This document shows positions 61,791 through 64,000 of a stretch of 64,000 nucleotides of DNA, piece after piece. Every line of letters starts with the position of its first letter. Position 1 is the stretch's first letter. The notes beneath the pieces were generated by a model. It was not told the origin of the DNA and did not search any database. It was given only the letters and a program-made list of their open reading frames with translations. Made by a program: the position numbers and the translations under genes. The stretch is taken from contig CM059451.1 in assembly GCA_030390025.1 (NCBI GenBank), positions 3,782,001 through 3,846,000 on the forward strand, written 5' to 3'. The DNA comes from Squalus acanthias. Lineage: Eukaryota.

Positions 61791-62347
61791 TGGAGCGTCG
61801 GCCGATTTATGTGTTCAATTTCTGAAGACAGAGCCTTCTGACGAAGAGAAGGATGTGCGGTCAACACAGAGAAAGAGAGAGACAGAGGGAGAGGGCGCGA
61901 GAGACAGACAGAAAGAGTGAAGCCTTTCACAACCTCAGGGAACAAAAATGGGAGTAGACACCGACTGCTTCTCCCTGATCTCTGCTGTTACTAAAGCTTA
62001 TTTACAATTCTCAGTTGTAAATTAACCATGAATCATGATTTGCAAACAATGTGGGTCAGATAACAACAGTTGCCTCTCCTGCACATTGGACTGCACCCTT
62101 GCACGATCTGCTCACACTAGGAGGGGTGCACAGACAATTTCCTTTCAGTATTCGGGGGCGTGATTCCCTCTGCAATTCCCAATCCCTCATCCTGCACACG
62201 GACTGGGGAGCGAGCGAACCACTGTGTCTCAGGACACTGCTTCTGCTGCTGAAGGTGTTCACTGGGGCTGTGAAAGAGCAGACCATCAGCTTACTGGAGG
62301 AGTTCGATCCAAGCTGGCAACGTCAGCGAGAATCTAGTAGTGAGATT

Positions 62348-63005
62348 TACAACGTCTTGCATTTATATAGTGCCTTTAATACAGTAAAACGTCGCATTGC
62401 ACTTCACAGGAGCATAATCAGTCAAAATCTGACCCCGAGCCACAAAAGGAGATATTAGGACAGGTGACCAAAAGCTTGGTCAAAGAGGTAGGTTTTAAGG
62501 AGCATCTTAAAGGAGGAGAAAGAGGCAGAGAGGTTCAGGGAGGGAATTCCAGAGCTTAGGGCCTGGGCAGCTGAAGGCACGGCCGCCAATGGTGGAGCGA
62601 TTAAAATCGGGGATGCTCAAGAGGGCAGAATTGGAGGAGCGCAGAGATCTCAGAGGGACTAGGTTACAGAGATAGGGAGGGATTTGAACACAGGGATGAG
62701 AATTTTAAAAATTGAAGAGTTGCCGAACCATAGATATAGATCAGTGAACCCAGGGGTGATGGTGAACGGGACTTGGGAGCGAGTTAGGATACGGGCAGCA
62801 GAATGGTGGATAAACTCAAGTTTACAGATCTGGAAGATTGGGGGGCCGGCCGGCAATGTTCCCCATCATGTTTTTTGCCCTGTGCGGGCCATTCGGAATA
62901 CCGTGCATACACGGTCTTTACATTGAAAAGCCGGCTGCGCGGGTGCGCTGGACGCTGCGCAGCTTAAAGGGAACTTTGGCGGCCAGAAGAGCATTGGAAT
63001 AACTG
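62348..63005 (-). mobile_element. L2 LINE 3' fragment with nested hAT-like MITE (62854-62978)
   Basis: Similar to 33945-34503; MITE ends caatgttccc / gggaactttg with imperfect 8-bp flanks ccggccgg / gcggccag. Confidence 0.78.
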
Positions 63006-63344
63006 CAGGGTGTATTTAGGAGCGATATTGAAAATCAAAGGAAGTCAGACAGATTACAGGCCTATTGGATTGAAGAATGATGCATCAAAATAGGTTACAG
63101 TTATAAAACAGATTGAGGAGTCGCTCTCCAAATGAGTGACACTTGATGCGTGCCCCTTGTTCCCTTCAAGCATCAGGTCGAACGCGAGATGGGTCTGGGC
63201 TGCAAACTACATACAGACAGAGACAGCGCGTCAGTACTGGGAACCTCGCTTCCTCCCTCAATCCCCCCCTTCCTCTATGGACATGAACCTCAGCCCGGGG
63301 TCACATCACCACTTATGTCTTGATTTACCTCAACCACTTTTCAA

Positions 63345-63912
63345 TCATCAATATAAGATAGTCACTAATAAATCCAATAGGGAATTCAGGAGAAACTTCT
63401 TTACCCAGAGAGTGGTGAGAATGTGGAACTCGCTACCACAGGGAGTGGTTGAGGCGAATAGTATAGATACATTTAAAGGGAAGCGAGATAAACAGATGAG
63501 GGAGAAAGGAATAGCAGGATGTGCGGATAGGGTGAGATGATGAGAAAAAGACTTGAAAGACTTGCATTTATATAGCGCCTTTCACAACCAAAGGACGTCC
63601 CAAAGAGCTTTACGCTAATGAAGTGTAATCACTTGTAATATGGGAAACGCAGCAGCCAATTTGCACACAGCAAGCTCCCACAAACAGCAATGTGATAATG
63701 ACCAGATAATCTGTTTTTGTGATGTAGTTGAGGAATACATATTGGCCAGGACACTGGGGAGAACTCCCCTGCTCTTCTTTGAAATAGTGCCATGTGACCT
63801 TTTACGTCCACCTGAGAGCAGACAGGGCCTCGGTTTAACGTCTCATCTGAAAGACGGCACCTCCGACAATCCAGCTCTCCAACAGAGCTGCACTGGAGTG
63901 TCAGCCTAGATC
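63345..63912. mobile_element. CR1 tail (plus, 63345-63540) followed by SacSINE1-like SINE (minus, 63556-63912)
   Basis: RNFFTQRVVRMWNSLP; SINE domain match. Confidence 0.82.
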
Positions 63913-63923
63913 ATAGAATCATA

Positions 63924-64000
63924 GGGGGGGAAATTGGCTCGTGCCCCCTTTGGGGCGCTAACTTTGCCGGGGCGCTACTTTTAGCGTCCCGAAAAAGTTA
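63924..64000. mobile_element. Terminus of another probable Harbinger element, cut by the window edge
   Basis: GGGGGGGAAATTGG TIR-like start followed by GGCGCTAA/TTAGCG subterminal motifs as in 12883-16957. Confidence 0.6.

Noticed and set aside
63120-63200. Possible CHP exon 2
   Set aside because: No RLYxRF..LDK motif and no suitable 73-nt exon boundaries

Overview
Repeat-dense vertebrate genomic DNA. The SacSINE1/DeuSINE-like and HE1/V-SINE-like SINEs, CR1, L2 and Penelope content point to a cartilaginous fish (shark). Two partial host genes lie on the minus strand. One is exon 1 and the CpG-island promoter of a RAB1 GTPase (MSAMNPEY, 6676-6698; the rest lies left of the window). The other is exons 3-7 plus the 3'UTR of a calcineurin B homologous protein (CHP2/CHP1-like, 61101 to ~48465; exons 1-2 were not found and probably lie right of the window). 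Between them are three main structures: a 17-bp satellite that once abutted the RAB1 promoter; a 4.07-kb two-gene PIF/Harbinger transposon (intact DDE transposase plus a spliced Myb/SANT gene) nested in a palindromic, hammerhead-ribozyme-bearing Penelope element that is itself inside a CR1; and a ~4.35-kb array of ~150 head-to-tail 28-30 bp units, nearly all carrying a near-consensus CTCF core motif. The CTCF-motif array is the most unusual signal. Repeat boundaries are read by eye and approximate unless a TSD or splice site is quoted.
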